From Kiloniellales bacterium (GTDB lineage: Bacteria; Pseudomonadota; Alphaproteobacteria; Kiloniellales; JAKSBE01): a stretch of DNA of 57,611 nt. Location: the NCBI GenBank assembly GCA_022361275.1, contig JAKSBE010000589.1, positions 1 through 57,611 on the forward strand, written 5' to 3'. A model generated the notes under the pieces. That model did not search any database, had not been told where the DNA came from, and saw only the letters and a list, made by a program, of their open reading frames with translations. Of this stretch, positions 10,290-22,116 are shown in pieces. Each line of letters starts with the position of its first letter. Position 1 is the first letter of the stretch. A program made the translations under genes and the position numbers.

Positions 10290-13097
10290 ATGCGGGTCTG
10301 GCGCCGCACCGCCGTCATCTGTCTTGCCGCCCTCGCCCTTCTGGCGCTGGGCGCCTACACCGCGCGGCGGGCAATCGTCACCCAGATCGCCGAGGTGCTG
10401 CTGTCCCGCCAGGGCCATCCGGAGGCCGTCCTCGAGGTGGTCGAGGTCACGCCCTGGCGCATCCGCCTGGCCAAGATCGCTGTGCCGGGGCTGCAGGCGG
10501 AGGCGGTCACCCTGCACTACGATCCCTTGGCGCTCCTCGCCGGCAAGATCTCCAGGGTCGAGATCGACGGCGCCCGGATCGAGCTCGACCTGACCCGGCC
10601 CGGGGACGCCGGCCGCATCGAGATCCCGAAGCTGCCGCCAATCCGGCTCACGGCGGGAGAGCTCTATGCCGTCCTGCCCGCCGGCCGCATCGGGCTCGAC
10701 GTCACGGCGGCGCTCGAGACCGCGCCCGGCGGGCAGCTCCAAGGGGAGGCCAGCTTCGAAGGCGGGTCGAAGCTCGGCCGCCTAAGCGGCCGGTTGCGCC
10801 TCGAAAGCGGCGGAGGGCTGTCGCTGGAGCTTGCGGCCGGCCTGGGCCCGGAGAGTCCGCTCTGGGCCGAACTGGGATTGCCGGCTCCGGCGGCGGGCGT
10901 GCTGCAGGGCGAGGTGCGCCTAACCACGACGTCACTTGCCTTGGACCGGCTTCCCGAGACCCCCACCGCGTGGCTGCACCTCGCAGCGGACCGTGGTCTG
11001 GCCGGCGACCTTCGGCTGCAGCTCGCAGGCTTGCGCTGGCCCGCCCTGGAGCAGCCGGTTTCCCTGCAAGCCCCCCTCTCCTTTCGCAGCGAAGCGAAGG
11101 CCCTGGAGATCGCCCTGCCGTCCGAGATCGACCTGACTGGCCTCCCGGCCCTGGACGACGTCCTTGCCGGCGACCGGGCGACGGCGGCGGATCTCCTCCG
11201 TCTCTTGGAGGGCACGACGAAGCTCACCTTCGGAAAGGATGCCGAGGCACCGCCGGTGCTGCGGCTGAGCCTCGGCGAGACCGATGGCGGCGCCCTCTCC
11301 TTCGCCGGAGGGATCGGCATCGAGGCGGCCGGCCGCCAGCGCTTGGCCGTCTCCGGCTCTGCCCGCGTGGACCTGGATCCCGCACTGGTTCCGGTTTCCT
11401 TTCGGGTCGAAGCCTTGCAAGCAGCGCTCCAGGACCTGACCGTGAACGGCCATTCCGTGGAGACGGCAGGCTTCACCGGCTCGCTCCAGGGCGATGCGCG
11501 GAGCCTCAAGGCCCAAGGCGCGCTGCGGGCAGCCCTGCGCGACCTTGAAATCGACGCCTTCCGCTTCGGAAAGGCCCGCTTCGAAGGGCCCGTCGCGGTC
11601 GACGCAGGACCGGAGGGCGCGACCGCCGAGCTGAACGGCGCGGCAACCCTATCCTGGGAGGCTGCGCGCTCGTCCCTGGGCTTTGCCCTGCCCGAGGCGC
11701 ATCGCCTGCGCCTGGCGGCGCTGAGGGCCCGGCGGCACGGCGGCGAGCTGTCCTACGAAGCCGAGGTCGATCCCGGCGAGGTGACCCTGCGCATCGAGGA
11801 TCCGGACAAGCCGCTCGACCTGCGCGCGGTCTTTCAGCCCCTGCGGATCGCCGGTCGATGGTCCGAAGCGCAGGGCCTCGATCTCCGGGCCCGCATCCCC
11901 TTGCGGCGGCTCGCGGTGCCGCAGCTCGAGCTGGAGGCCCGTGACATCCTGGCGACCGAGACCCTGCGGCCGGCCGATGGTGTCGCGCACGTGACCCTGA
12001 CCGTTGCGGAACTGCGCCAGACCGGCGCTGAGCCGGCCTTCACGCCATTCCGGCTGCAGGGCCGGCTGGACCACGCCGACGGGCCGCTCACCTTCACCGC
12101 AGCCGGGCGCACGGCCGCAGGCGTCAGGCTCTTCGAGCTGGAAGGCCGCCACGACATCGAAGAAGGCAACGGGAGCGCCGAGGTCTTCCTGGCCGAGGAC
12201 CTCTTCGGTCCCGGGCCGCGGCACCTGCCGGAGCTGGCGCCGGTCGCGCCGGACCTCACCGTCACCGGGGGGCGGGTCACAGGGAACGCCGAGATCGCCT
12301 GGCGCGGCGGCGACCTGCGCGGCTCGGGGAGGCTCAGCCTCAACGAAGTGGGACTGAAAGGTCCGGCGCTGACGCTGGAAGGCCTGACCGGAGAGCTGGC
12401 CTTCGCCGAGCTCTTCCCGCCGCGGAGCACGCCGGGTCAGCGCCTGACCGCAAGGCGGCTGGATCTTGGCGAGACGCTGAGGGATCTCTCCGCACGCTTT
12501 GCGATCTCGGCGCAGGGGCCGGAGCAGACTCTGGTCATCGATATCGAGCGCGCCGAGGCCCAATCCATCTTCGGGCCGCTGTCGATGACAGAGGGACGCG
12601 CCGAGCCGCAGTCCGGACGTTACCGGCTGCCCTTGCAGTTCGCCGACCTGGATCTGGGCAAGCTGAGCGAGACCGCGGCGATCGAGGGCCTGGCCGGCGA
12701 AGGCCACTTGAGCGGCTTGATTCCCTTAGAGATTTCGGATTCTCGGCTCCGCCTCGCCGGCGCCGGCTTGTCGAACCGCGGCGCCGGGATCCTCCGCTTC
12801 CGCTCGGAAGCGGCATTGCGGGCCCTGGCCGCCGGTGGCGAGCCCGTGGAGCTGATGCTCAAGGCCCTGGAGGACTTTCGCTACGAGGAGCTGAAGCTCA
12901 GCGCCGACACGAGCGACGGCGAGGAGCTGGAGCTCTTCATCACCACCCTGGGCCAGAATCCTGCGGTCTTGGAAGGCCACCCCTTCCGCTTTAACATCCG
13001 TCTGACGAGCAACCTTCCACAACTGGTCGAGGTCCTGCGGCAAGGAAGCGGCCTGACCCGGGGCGTTCTGGGCAGGTTGTGGAGGTTTCAGCCCTAG
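10290..13097 (+). CDS. ydbH: YdbH-family AsmA-like intermembrane lipid-transport protein
   Basis: N-terminal TM anchor, long beta-rich body, C-terminal G.LSG.IPL / ALEDFRYEEL / GQNP...GHPFRFNIRL; followed by ynbE- and ydbL-like genes. Confidence 0.78.
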   Translation: MRVWRRTAVICLAALALLALGAYTARRAIVTQIAEVLLSRQGHPEAVLEVVEVTPWRIRLAKIAVPGLQAEAVTLHYDPLALLAGKISRVEIDGARIELDLTRPGDAGRIEIPKLPPIRLTAGELYAVLPAGRIGLDVTAALETAPGGQLQGEASFEGGSKLGRLSGRLRLESGGGLSLELAAGLGPESPLWAELGLPAPAAGVLQGEVRLTTTSLALDRLPETPTAWLHLAADRGLAGDLRLQLAGLRWPALEQPVSLQAPLSFRSEAKALEIALPSEIDLTGLPALDDVLAGDRATAADLLRLLEGTTKLTFGKDAEAPPVLRLSLGETDGGALSFAGGIGIEAAGRQRLAVSGSARVDLDPALVPVSFRVEALQAALQDLTVNGHSVETAGFTGSLQGDARSLKAQGALRAALRDLEIDAFRFGKARFEGPVAVDAGPEGATAELNGAATLSWEAARSSLGFALPEAHRLRLAALRARRHGGELSYEAEVDPGEVTLRIEDPDKPLDLRAVFQPLRIAGRWSEAQGLDLRARIPLRRLAVPQLELEARDILATETLRPADGVAHVTLTVAELRQTGAEPAFTPFRLQGRLDHADGPLTFTAAGRTAAGVRLFELEGRHDIEEGNGSAEVFLAEDLFGPGPRHLPELAPVAPDLTVTGGRVTGNAEIAWRGGDLRGSGRLSLNEVGLKGPALTLEGLTGELAFAELFPPRSTPGQRLTARRLDLGETLRDLSARFAISAQGPEQTLVIDIERAEAQSIFGPLSMTEGRAEPQSGRYRLPLQFADLDLGKLSETAAIEGLAGEGHLSGLIPLEISDSRLRLAGAGLSNRGAGILRFRSEAALRALAAGGEPVELMLKALEDFRYEELKLSADTSDGEELELFITTLGQNPAVLEGHPFRFNIRLTSNLPQLVEVLRQGSGLTRGVLGRLWRFQP

Positions 13098-13184
13098 TCT
13101 GCGTATCGCAATGAAGGGCGCGGAGTTCCGGGACGACCGGCGCTTCGGCCCGAGGCAAGCATGGGAAAAGGGGGACAGCGCGCC

Positions 13185-13400
13185 GTGACTCACGGTCGAG
13201 CCGAGAGAGGGCCGGGACCTGCGGCCATGACGGTTTTGCTGGCCGGCCTGGTGCTGGCCGCCTGCCAGCCGACGGTCAGGGTCGAGGCACCGAAGGAGCC
13301 GATCACGATCAACCTCAACATCAAGCTGGATGCCGAGGTGCGGGTGAAGCTCGAAGAACAGGCGGACCAGGACATCGCCGCCAATCCGGACATCTTCTAG
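13185..13400 (+). CDS. ynbE: YnbE family lipoprotein
   Basis: Lipobox LAAC, then QPTVRVEAPKEPITINLNIKLD...NPDIF; start uncertain (GTG 13185 or ATG 13227). Confidence 0.85.
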   Translation: MTHGRAERGPGPAAMTVLLAGLVLAACQPTVRVEAPKEPITINLNIKLDAEVRVKLEEQADQDIAANPDIF

Positions 13401-13529
13401 TGTCCCGATTCTGAAATTCGCGAGAGCGAATTGCAGAATCAAAGGGACACTAACTTGTTGAATCTCGTGTGATTCAGCTTCCAAATCTCGGCATATGAAA
13501 TGTGCCGAACTTTGAAACCATCACACTAG
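13397..13529. repeat. CTAG-bounded double-hairpin intergenic element (CIR/MITE-like), copy 1
   Basis: CTAG at both ends, two imperfect hairpins, four GANTC sites; near-identical to 50718..50837. Confidence 0.8.
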
Positions 13530-13544
13530 GCGGGGTCAAGGACG

Positions 13545-13889
13545 ATGAAGCCAATCCATTCCCTGAGGATCTTTCTGTTGGCGCTGGCGCTCCTTCTCGT
13601 GCCCGCCGCGCCGCAGCCGGCCGCGGCGGACCCGCTCGACGACCTGCGGGCGCAGGGTCAGATCGGCGAACGCTTCGACGGCTTTGCCGAGGCCCGGAGC
13701 GGCGCCTCCCCGGCCGCGCGCGACCTGGTCGAGAAGGTCAACGCGCAGCGCCGGCAGATCTACGAGACACAGGCCAAGAAACAGAACGTCGGCATCGATC
13801 AGGTCGGCCGCGTCTACGCCGAGCGGATCATCCAGAAGCTGCCCAGCGGGGCCTGGATTCGGACCGAGGCCGGCTGGCGGCAGAAATAG
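13545..13889 (+). CDS. ydbL: YdbL family protein (DUF1318-like)
   Basis: Signal peptide; GQIGERFDGF, VEKVNAQRRQIY, terminal GW..K; third gene of the ydbH-ynbE-ydbL triplet. Confidence 0.82.
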   Translation: MKPIHSLRIFLLALALLLVPAAPQPAAADPLDDLRAQGQIGERFDGFAEARSGASPAARDLVEKVNAQRRQIYETQAKKQNVGIDQVGRVYAERIIQKLPSGAWIRTEAGWRQK

Positions 13890-13976
13890 ATCCTCGCGGG
13901 CCTTGATCTTGCGCATTGCCAGGGTCGTCGGGGCCCTGCTACCAGATTAAGACAGCAAAGCAAGAACGGCCCGACG

Positions 13977-14912
13977 ATGGTTGATGTTCCCGCGATTCCG
14001 AGCTCGGTCGACGAGACCCTGACGCTGCTGGCGAAGGGCAACTACGTCGCCGACCGCAGCCTCGCCACCGCCCTTCACCTGGCGCTGTCGTTGAGACGAC
14101 CGCTGTTCCTGGAAGGCGAGGCCGGGGTCGGCAAGACCGAGATCGCCAAGGTCCTCTCGGAGACCCTGAAGCGCCGCCTGATCCGGCTGCAGTGCTACGA
14201 GGGCCTGGACGTGGCCTCGGCGGTCTACGAGTGGAACTACCCGCGCCAGATGGTGGAGATCCGGCTGGCCGAGGCCACCGGCGAGGCCCAGCGCGAGACC
14301 CTGGACGAGGACATCTTTTCGGAGAAGTTCCTGATCGAGCGGCCCCTGCTCCAGGCGCTGCGGCCACAGGTCGGCGGCGCGCCGGTGCTGCTGATCGACG
14401 AGCTGGACCGCACCGACGAGCCTTTCGAGGCCTTCCTCCTGGAGGTCCTCTCGGACTACCAGATCACCATCCCCGAGCTCGGCACGATCCGCGCGCCCGC
14501 GTCGCCGATCGTGGTCATCACCTCCAACCGGACCCGGGAGATCCACGACGCCCTCAAGCGGCGCTGCTTCTACTACTGGGTCGACTATCCCAGCGCCGAG
14601 CGCGAGTTGGAGATCCTGCGGGTCAAGGCGCCCCGGGCGGCCGAGCGCCTGTCCCGCGAGGTCGTCCTCTTCGTCCAGGAGCTGCGCGGCACCGATCTCT
14701 TCAAGCTGCCCGGCGTGGCCGAGACCATCGACTGGGTCGAGGCCCTGACCCAGCTCGACAAGGTCTCGCTCGATCCGGAGACCGTGGACTCCACCCTGGG
14801 CGTCCTGCTGAAGTACCAGGACGACATCGCCAAGATCCAGGGCAGCGAGGCGCAGCGGATCCTCGACCAGATGAAGCAGGAGATGCGCGCGCTCCAGCCC
14901 GCCGGCGATTGA
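13977..14912 (+). CDS. coxD: MoxR-family AAA+ ATPase (CoxD-like)
   Basis: LEGEAGVGKTE, LLIDELDR, ITSNRTREIHDALKRRC. Confidence 0.9.
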   Translation: MVDVPAIPSSVDETLTLLAKGNYVADRSLATALHLALSLRRPLFLEGEAGVGKTEIAKVLSETLKRRLIRLQCYEGLDVASAVYEWNYPRQMVEIRLAEATGEAQRETLDEDIFSEKFLIERPLLQALRPQVGGAPVLLIDELDRTDEPFEAFLLEVLSDYQITIPELGTIRAPASPIVVITSNRTREIHDALKRRCFYYWVDYPSAERELEILRVKAPRAAERLSREVVLFVQELRGTDLFKLPGVAETIDWVEALTQLDKVSLDPETVDSTLGVLLKYQDDIAKIQGSEAQRILDQMKQEMRALQPAGD

Positions 14913-14931
14913 CGGAGAAATCGTGCGAGCC

Positions 14932-15033
14932 GCGCCCTCGCCCTTCGACAGGCTCAGGACGAGGCAGCGGAACTCCGGCCCTCATGCTGCGTCTGCGAAG
15001 CCTCATGCTGAGCCTGTCGAAGTATGAGGGCGC
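14932..15033. repeat. REP-like inverted pair (CTTCGACAGGCTCAG / CTGAGCCTGTCGAAG)
   Basis: gcgccctc..cttcgacaggctcag ... ctgagcctgtcgaag..gagggcgc; degenerate half copy near 19046..19074. Confidence 0.65.
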
Positions 15034-15063
15034 ACTGGCTAGAAGAGGTGTAGCGCCAAGGCC

Positions 15064-16332
15064 ATGTCGGACGATCGTCCTCCTACCCTCGCCGCACTGG
15101 CCGGGGCGCCCTTGCAGAGCGGTCGCCTGGTCGAGAACATCCTGCACTTCGCGCGCACCCTCCGCGCGGCCGGCCTGCCGGTCGGGCCGGGCAAGGTGCT
15201 GCAGGCGATCCGTGCCGTCGAGGTCGCCGGCATCCGGCGGCGCGAGGACTTCTACTGGGCCCTGCACGCGGTCCTGGTCAACCGCCGGGACCAGCGGGAG
15301 ATCTTCGACCAGGCCTTCCACGTCTTCTGGCGCAATCCCAAGATCCTGGAAAAGATGATGAGCCTGCTGCTGCCGGACGTCCGGCCCAGCGCCACAGCCA
15401 GCCCCGAGGAGGAGCTGGAGCTGAGCCGCCGGGTGGCCGAGGCCCTGAAGCCGATCGCCCCGGGCCGGGAGCCGAGCGGCGACGGCGAGCAGGAGGAGAT
15501 CGAGGTCGACGCGACCATGACCTGGTCGAGCCGCGAGGTTCTGCAGAAGATGGACTTCGAGAAGATGTCGGCCGAGGAGCTCTCGGCCGCGAAGACGGCG
15601 ATCTCCCGCCTGCGCTTCTCCCTCCGCCAGGTTCCGACCCGACGCTTCGTCCCCCACCCCCGCGGCCGCCGCGCCGACCTGCGCCGCACCCTCCGTGCCG
15701 CCCTGCGCTCCGGCAGCGACACGATTCCGCTGAGGTGGCGCCGCCGACGCCGACGGCACCCGCCGCTGGTCGTGCTCTGCGACATCTCGGGTTCCATGGA
15801 CCGCTATTCGCGCATGGCCCTGCACTTCATGCACGCGGTGACCAACGACCGCGACCGGGTCCACACCTTCCTCTTCGGCACCCGGCTGAGCAACATCACC
15901 CGCTTCCTGCGCCACAAGGACGTCGACGTGGCGTTGCAGCTGGTTTCAGACCACGTCCTCGACTGGTCCGGCGGAACCCGGATCGGCGCCTGCCTGCACG
16001 ACTTCAACAAGACCTGGGCCCGCCGGGTCCTCGGCCAGGGCGCCATCCTGCTGTTCATCTCCGACGGCCTGGACCGGGACAACGCCGAGGACCTGGCCGG
16101 CGAGATGGAGCGCCTGCACAAATCCTGCCGGCGGCTGATCTGGCTCAATCCCCTCTTGCGCTACGAGGGCTACGAGCCAAGGTCTTTGGGAGCCCGGGCG
16201 ATCATGCCGCATGTCGACGAGTTCCGCCCGGTGTACAATCTCGACAGCCTGGCCGAGCTCGCGGAGGTGCTGAGCCGGCCGATCATCCGGCGCGAGGAGG
16301 GCGTGAGCGAATGGCTGGACAGCATCCCCTAG
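15064..16332 (+). CDS. coxE: VWA-domain CoxE-like protein
   Basis: MIDAS CDISGSM, DWSGGTRIG, ISDGLD, LIWLNPLL. Confidence 0.9.
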   Translation: MSDDRPPTLAALAGAPLQSGRLVENILHFARTLRAAGLPVGPGKVLQAIRAVEVAGIRRREDFYWALHAVLVNRRDQREIFDQAFHVFWRNPKILEKMMSLLLPDVRPSATASPEEELELSRRVAEALKPIAPGREPSGDGEQEEIEVDATMTWSSREVLQKMDFEKMSAEELSAAKTAISRLRFSLRQVPTRRFVPHPRGRRADLRRTLRAALRSGSDTIPLRWRRRRRRHPPLVVLCDISGSMDRYSRMALHFMHAVTNDRDRVHTFLFGTRLSNITRFLRHKDVDVALQLVSDHVLDWSGGTRIGACLHDFNKTWARRVLGQGAILLFISDGLDRDNAEDLAGEMERLHKSCRRLIWLNPLLRYEGYEPRSLGARAIMPHVDEFRPVYNLDSLAELAEVLSRPIIRREEGVSEWLDSIP

Positions 16333-16658
16333 GTACACAGGAGCCGGCGGACGACGTCCTGGCCCAGGCCGGCCGCTGGCTGGACGAAGGCCGCAAGGTC
16401 GCCCTGGCGACGGTGGTCTCGACCTGGGGCTCTTCGCCCCGCCCCGTGGGCAGCCAGCTCGCCGTCGACGAGGCGGGCAATATGACCGGTTCGGTCTCCG
16501 GCGGCTGCATCGAGGGCAGCGTGGTCGAGGAGTCCCTGAGGGTCATGGCCGGCGCGCCGCCGAAGCTCCTGGAGTACGGCGTCAGCGACGAGGACGCCTG
16601 GGCGGTCGGCCTGGCTTGTGGTGGTCGTGTAGAGGTTTATGTCGAGACCTTGACATGA
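16311..16658 (+). CDS. XdhC/CoxF family protein, N-terminal module
   Basis: ALATVVSTWGSSPRPVGS, GSVSGGCIEG, VGLACGG; start ATG 16311 inferred. Confidence 0.85.
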   Translation: MAGQHPLGTQEPADDVLAQAGRWLDEGRKVALATVVSTWGSSPRPVGSQLAVDEAGNMTGSVSGGCIEGSVVEESLRVMAGAPPKLLEYGVSDEDAWAVGLACGGRVEVYVETLT

Positions 16659-17379
16659 AACGCGAAGTCTTCGATGCCCTGCAAGAGGCCCGCGCGGCGA
16701 AGCGGGCGACGGCCCTCCTCACCGAGCTCGACAGCGGCCGCCAGGCCGTCATGGTCGAAGGCGGCCGCCTCGCGGGCGATCTGGAGATTAGCCAGGAGGT
16801 CCTGAGCGCCGTCGCGGCGGCGGTCCGGCACGACCGCAGCGGCCGCCTGCCCGAGCCGCTGGACGGTCACTTCGCGGCCGTCTTCAACCCGCCGCTGCGC
16901 CTGGCGGTCGTCGGCGCCGTCCACATCGCGCAGCTCCTGGCGCCCATGGCGGGGCTGGCCGGCTACGAGGTCACCCTGATCGACCCGCGCCAAGCCTGGG
17001 CCAGTCCGGAGCGCTTTCCGGGCCTGACCCTCGTCGACGACTGGCCGGACGAGGCCCTGGCGAAGCTGGCGCCCGACAGCCGGACCGCGGTGGTCACCCT
17101 GACCCACGATCCCAAGCTGGACGATCCCGCGCTGGTCGCCGCCCTGAACAGCGAGGCTTTCTACCTGGGCGCGCTGGGCAGCCGCAGGACCCACGCCAAG
17201 CGCCTGGAGCGCCTGCGCACGCAGGGCTGCGAGGAGGCCGCGCTGGCGCGCATCCACGGCCCGATCGGCCTGCCCCTGGGCGGGCGCTCGCCGGCGGAGA
17301 TCGCGATCGCCGTGCTGGCCCAGATGACCCAGGTCCTGCACGATGCCGGGCCAGCGGGCGGGCGCCGCGAGGCCACGGC

Positions 17380-17383
<4 letters not shown>
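16655..17383 (+). CDS. XdhC/CoxF family protein, Rossmann module
   Basis: VVGAVHIAQ, LTHDPKLDD, YLGALGSRRT, PIGLPLGGRSPAEIA; ATGA overlap. Confidence 0.87.
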
Positions 17384-19020
<1,637 letters not shown>

Positions 19021-19099
19021 GAGACGCGAGCCGGACCAGCCTTCGCCCTCACCCTGGGCTTGTCGGAGGGTGGGTTGGCTGCCCGGATGCCATCCCATC

Positions 19100-19206
19100 C
19101 TAGATCAAACTGCGCTTAATTGGAATCAATTAAGCGCAGATAATTTGATCTATTTCATAGGGTTAGAGCAGCTTATCCGCGTTCGATTGAACGCGGGCTG
19201 CTCTAG
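19100..19206. repeat. CTAG-bounded double-hairpin element (second CIR/RIME-like family)
   Basis: tagatcaaa-ctgcgcttaattg-gaat-caattaagcgcag..tttgatcta and tagagcagc..ccgcgttc-gatt-gaacgcgg-gctgctcta hairpins. Confidence 0.75.
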
Positions 19207-20024
19207 TCCAGCCGTCGGCCAGCGGCGGCCAGACTACCGAGGAAGGTCTCGATCCGCCGGGCGACCCGCGGGAAAGTCAGGAGGTCGTTGTGGCCCGCCT
19301 CCGGGTGCAGCAGCAGCTCCTTGGGCTCCTTGGCGGCGGCGAAGAGGCGCTTGCCGAAGCGGGCCGGGATCACCTTGTCCCGCTCGCCGTGGAGGACGAG
19401 GATCGGCACGGAGACCTCCTCGACTCGCGCGAGCGAATTCCACTTGTCGAGGATCAACCACTTGGCCGGCAGGTACCAGTAGTGGTGCTGGGCGACCTCG
19501 GCGACGGAGCTGTAGGGCGCCTCCAGCACGACCCCGCCGACCGGCCGCTCCGCCGCGAGATGCACGGCCACGCCGGAGCCGAGGGACTCGCCGTAAAGCA
19601 CCACCCGCTCCGGACCGATCCCCTGCCCGGCCAGCCAATCCAGCACCGAGCGGCCGTCGGCGAGCAGCCCGTCCTGGTGCGGCTTGCCGGGATTGCCGCC
19701 ATAGCCCCTGTAGCCCACGAAGAAGACCCCGAGGCCCTGGCCGGCCAGGCCGACGAACTTGGGCACCCGATGCGACAGGTTCCCGGCATTGCCCTGGAAG
19801 ACCACGACCACCGGCGCGGCCTCCCGCGCAGGCGGCCGGTACCAATGGCGCAGGTCGAGACCGTCGGCGGTCCGGGTCTCCACCAGGGTCATGCCGTCGC
19901 TCAGAGGCGGGATCTCGCCCATCGGGTAGTAGAGGAAGCTTCGCTGCAGCAGGAACATAAGGGCGAGCAATGCGCCGTAGCCGATCACTGCGGTGCCGAG
20001 AATGGTCATGACTCGCTGTCGCAC
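19203..20024 (-). CDS. Alpha/beta hydrolase (Bem46/ABHD13-like)
   Basis: N-terminal TM; GNAGN, YRGYG, nucleophile GESLG, HGERD, AGHND. Confidence 0.88.
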   Translation of the reverse strand: MRQRVMTILGTAVIGYGALLALMFLLQRSFLYYPMGEIPPLSDGMTLVETRTADGLDLRHWYRPPAREAAPVVVVFQGNAGNLSHRVPKFVGLAGQGLGVFFVGYRGYGGNPGKPHQDGLLADGRSVLDWLAGQGIGPERVVLYGESLGSGVAVHLAAERPVGGVVLEAPYSSVAEVAQHHYWYLPAKWLILDKWNSLARVEEVSVPILVLHGERDKVIPARFGKRLFAAAKEPKELLLHPEAGHNDLLTFPRVARRIETFLGSLAAAGRRLD

Positions 20025-20180
20025 GCCTCGCGCTCCCGGGTGAAGGCCGCCGAACCGGACCTAGCCTTCCTTAACATAGGCCGGATGAGACGCCGGTTAA
20101 TCCCTTGAAAGATGGTAAAAGGGTCCATATTCTCTTTTGCACAAGTAATTCAAAATATTTTACATTAGTATATGGGTTTT

Positions 20181-21146
20181 ATGATGGCCAAGATCCATGT
20201 CCTGCACGAGAACGGCGCCTGGCTCGGCCCGCTGCGCGCCGCGCTCGGCGAGCTCGACCTGCCCTACGAGGAATGGTTCCTGGATCAGGGCCGCGTTCCC
20301 TTCGACCAGGCACCGCCCGCGGGCGTGTTCTACAACCGAATGAGCGCCTCCTCCCATACACGCGGCCACCGCTTCGCGCCGGAGCTCACCCACGCCACCC
20401 TCAACTGGCTGGAGACCCACGGCCGCCGGGTCGTCAACTCCAGCCGGGCGCTCTACCTCGAGGTCAGCAAGATCGCACAGTACGCCGCGCTGAATCGGGC
20501 CGGCATCCGGACCCCGCGCAGCGTCGCGGCGGTGGGCCGCGCGGAGGTGCTGCAGGCGGCGCGCGACTTCGACGAGGCGCCCTTCATCGTCAAGCCCAAC
20601 CGGGGCGGCAAGGGCCTGGGTGTGCACCTTTTCCAGAACGTCGAGGCGCTCGCAACCCGGCTCGATGCGGCGCCCGAGGAAGCGCCGATCGACGGTATCT
20701 GGCTGGTCCAATCCTACATCCGCGCAACCAAGCCGGTCATCACCCGCTGCGAGTTCGTCGGCGGCCGCTTCCTCTACGCGGTCGAGGTCGACACGCGAGA
20801 CGGCTTCGAGCTCTGCCCGTCCGACGTCTGCGCCGTCGAGGGAGGCCCTGGGGATGGCGAGACGCGGCGAGGCCCGATGTTCCGGATCCTCGAAGGCTTC
20901 GACGATCCGATCCTGGAGCGCTATGCCCGCTTCCTCGCCGACAACGGGATCGAGATCTCTGGAATCGAATTCGTCCGAGATGCCTCCGGCACAATCTTCA
21001 CCTACGACGTGAACACCAACACCAACTACAATCCGGAGGCCGAGGCGGCCGCTGGCGGGCCTTACGGCATGAAGGCCATCGCCCGCTTCCTCGGGGACGA
21101 ACTCGGCCGTCTGCGAAGCGCCGTCCCGGGCATCGCCGCCGAGTGA
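20181..21146 (+). CDS. RimK/glutathione-synthetase-like ATP-grasp ligase
   Basis: NRMSASSHTRGH, IVKPNRGGKGLGV, GIEF, YDVNTNTNYN. Confidence 0.82.
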   Translation: MMAKIHVLHENGAWLGPLRAALGELDLPYEEWFLDQGRVPFDQAPPAGVFYNRMSASSHTRGHRFAPELTHATLNWLETHGRRVVNSSRALYLEVSKIAQYAALNRAGIRTPRSVAAVGRAEVLQAARDFDEAPFIVKPNRGGKGLGVHLFQNVEALATRLDAAPEEAPIDGIWLVQSYIRATKPVITRCEFVGGRFLYAVEVDTRDGFELCPSDVCAVEGGPGDGETRRGPMFRILEGFDDPILERYARFLADNGIEISGIEFVRDASGTIFTYDVNTNTNYNPEAEAAAGGPYGMKAIARFLGDELGRLRSAVPGIAAE

Positions 21147-21162
21147 CCCGCGGTCGCGCGGG

Positions 21163-21894
21163 TCACTCGGCGTAGCGCGAGCCCTTTTCGGCGAGGACGG
21201 CCTTGAGCGCTTCGAAGTGGCCGCGGGCATAGCTGCCGTCGCCGCCCTTCCAGAGGCCGAAGGCGGTGGCCGCCATGTTGTCGCCGATGCGCTTCAGCGG
21301 CCGCCCGGTCGACATGGCCAGGACCTGAACCTGGCAGGCGCGTTCCAGGTAGTAGAGGTCGTCGAAGGCCTGGGCGACGTCTGGTCCGACGACGATGACT
21401 CCGTGGTTGGCCATGAAGAGGATGCGCTTGTCCGCCAGGGCTTCGGCCAAGCGGTCGCCCTCTTCCAGGGTCTCGGCCAGGCCGTTGTAGTCGCGGTCGT
21501 AGGCGATGTCGTTGTAGAAGCGCAGTGAGTTCTGGTGCACCGGCTCCAGTCGGCCGCCCTCGAGCACCGTCAGGGCGGTTGCGTGAGGCATGTGCGTGTG
21601 CAGGACGCAGGCCGCCTTGGGATGGCGGGCATGGATGCGCGAGTGAATGCAGAAGGCGGTGCTCTCGAGCTGCCCCTCGCCTTCCAGCACCCGTCCCTGG
21701 TCGTCCACGACCATGAGGTCGCTGGCGCGCAGCAGCGACCAGTGGACGCCGTGGGGGTTGAGCAGGAAGCGCCCAGGCTCCCCGGGCACGGCGTAGCTGA
21801 AGTGGTTGCAGATGCCTTCGTGCAGGCCGAAGTGGGCGGCCAACTGAAGGGCCGCCGCAAGATCCACCCTGGCCTGCGTCAATGCGTCGCTCAT
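21163..21894 (-). CDS. Class II aldolase/adducin family protein
   Basis: EGICNHFS, FCIHSRIH, VLHTHMP, MANHGVIV, LERACQVQ; GGAG RBS before ATG 21894. Confidence 0.9.
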   Translation of the reverse strand: MSDALTQARVDLAAALQLAAHFGLHEGICNHFSYAVPGEPGRFLLNPHGVHWSLLRASDLMVVDDQGRVLEGEGQLESTAFCIHSRIHARHPKAACVLHTHMPHATALTVLEGGRLEPVHQNSLRFYNDIAYDRDYNGLAETLEEGDRLAEALADKRILFMANHGVIVVGPDVAQAFDDLYYLERACQVQVLAMSTGRPLKRIGDNMAATAFGLWKGGDGSYARGHFEALKAVLAEKGSRYAE

Positions 21895-22116
21895 GGCTTC
21901 GCTCCTTCGGGCAAACTCCGTCGTTAGGCTGACCAAGGGCCTCGGCGAGGTCAAGAAAGCTCTGCCGGCCCTTTCCTGCCGGCGCGACGGGGCTCCGCGT
22001 GCCGTGTCCGCCTGGACCGAAAGACGCATCTGGGCGAAGATGAGCGGAGCGGGAAAATCCCGAACGAAATGCACGCCAGGCGACCGAAGAGAGGTACGCC
22101 GTCAAGGGAGGGAATC

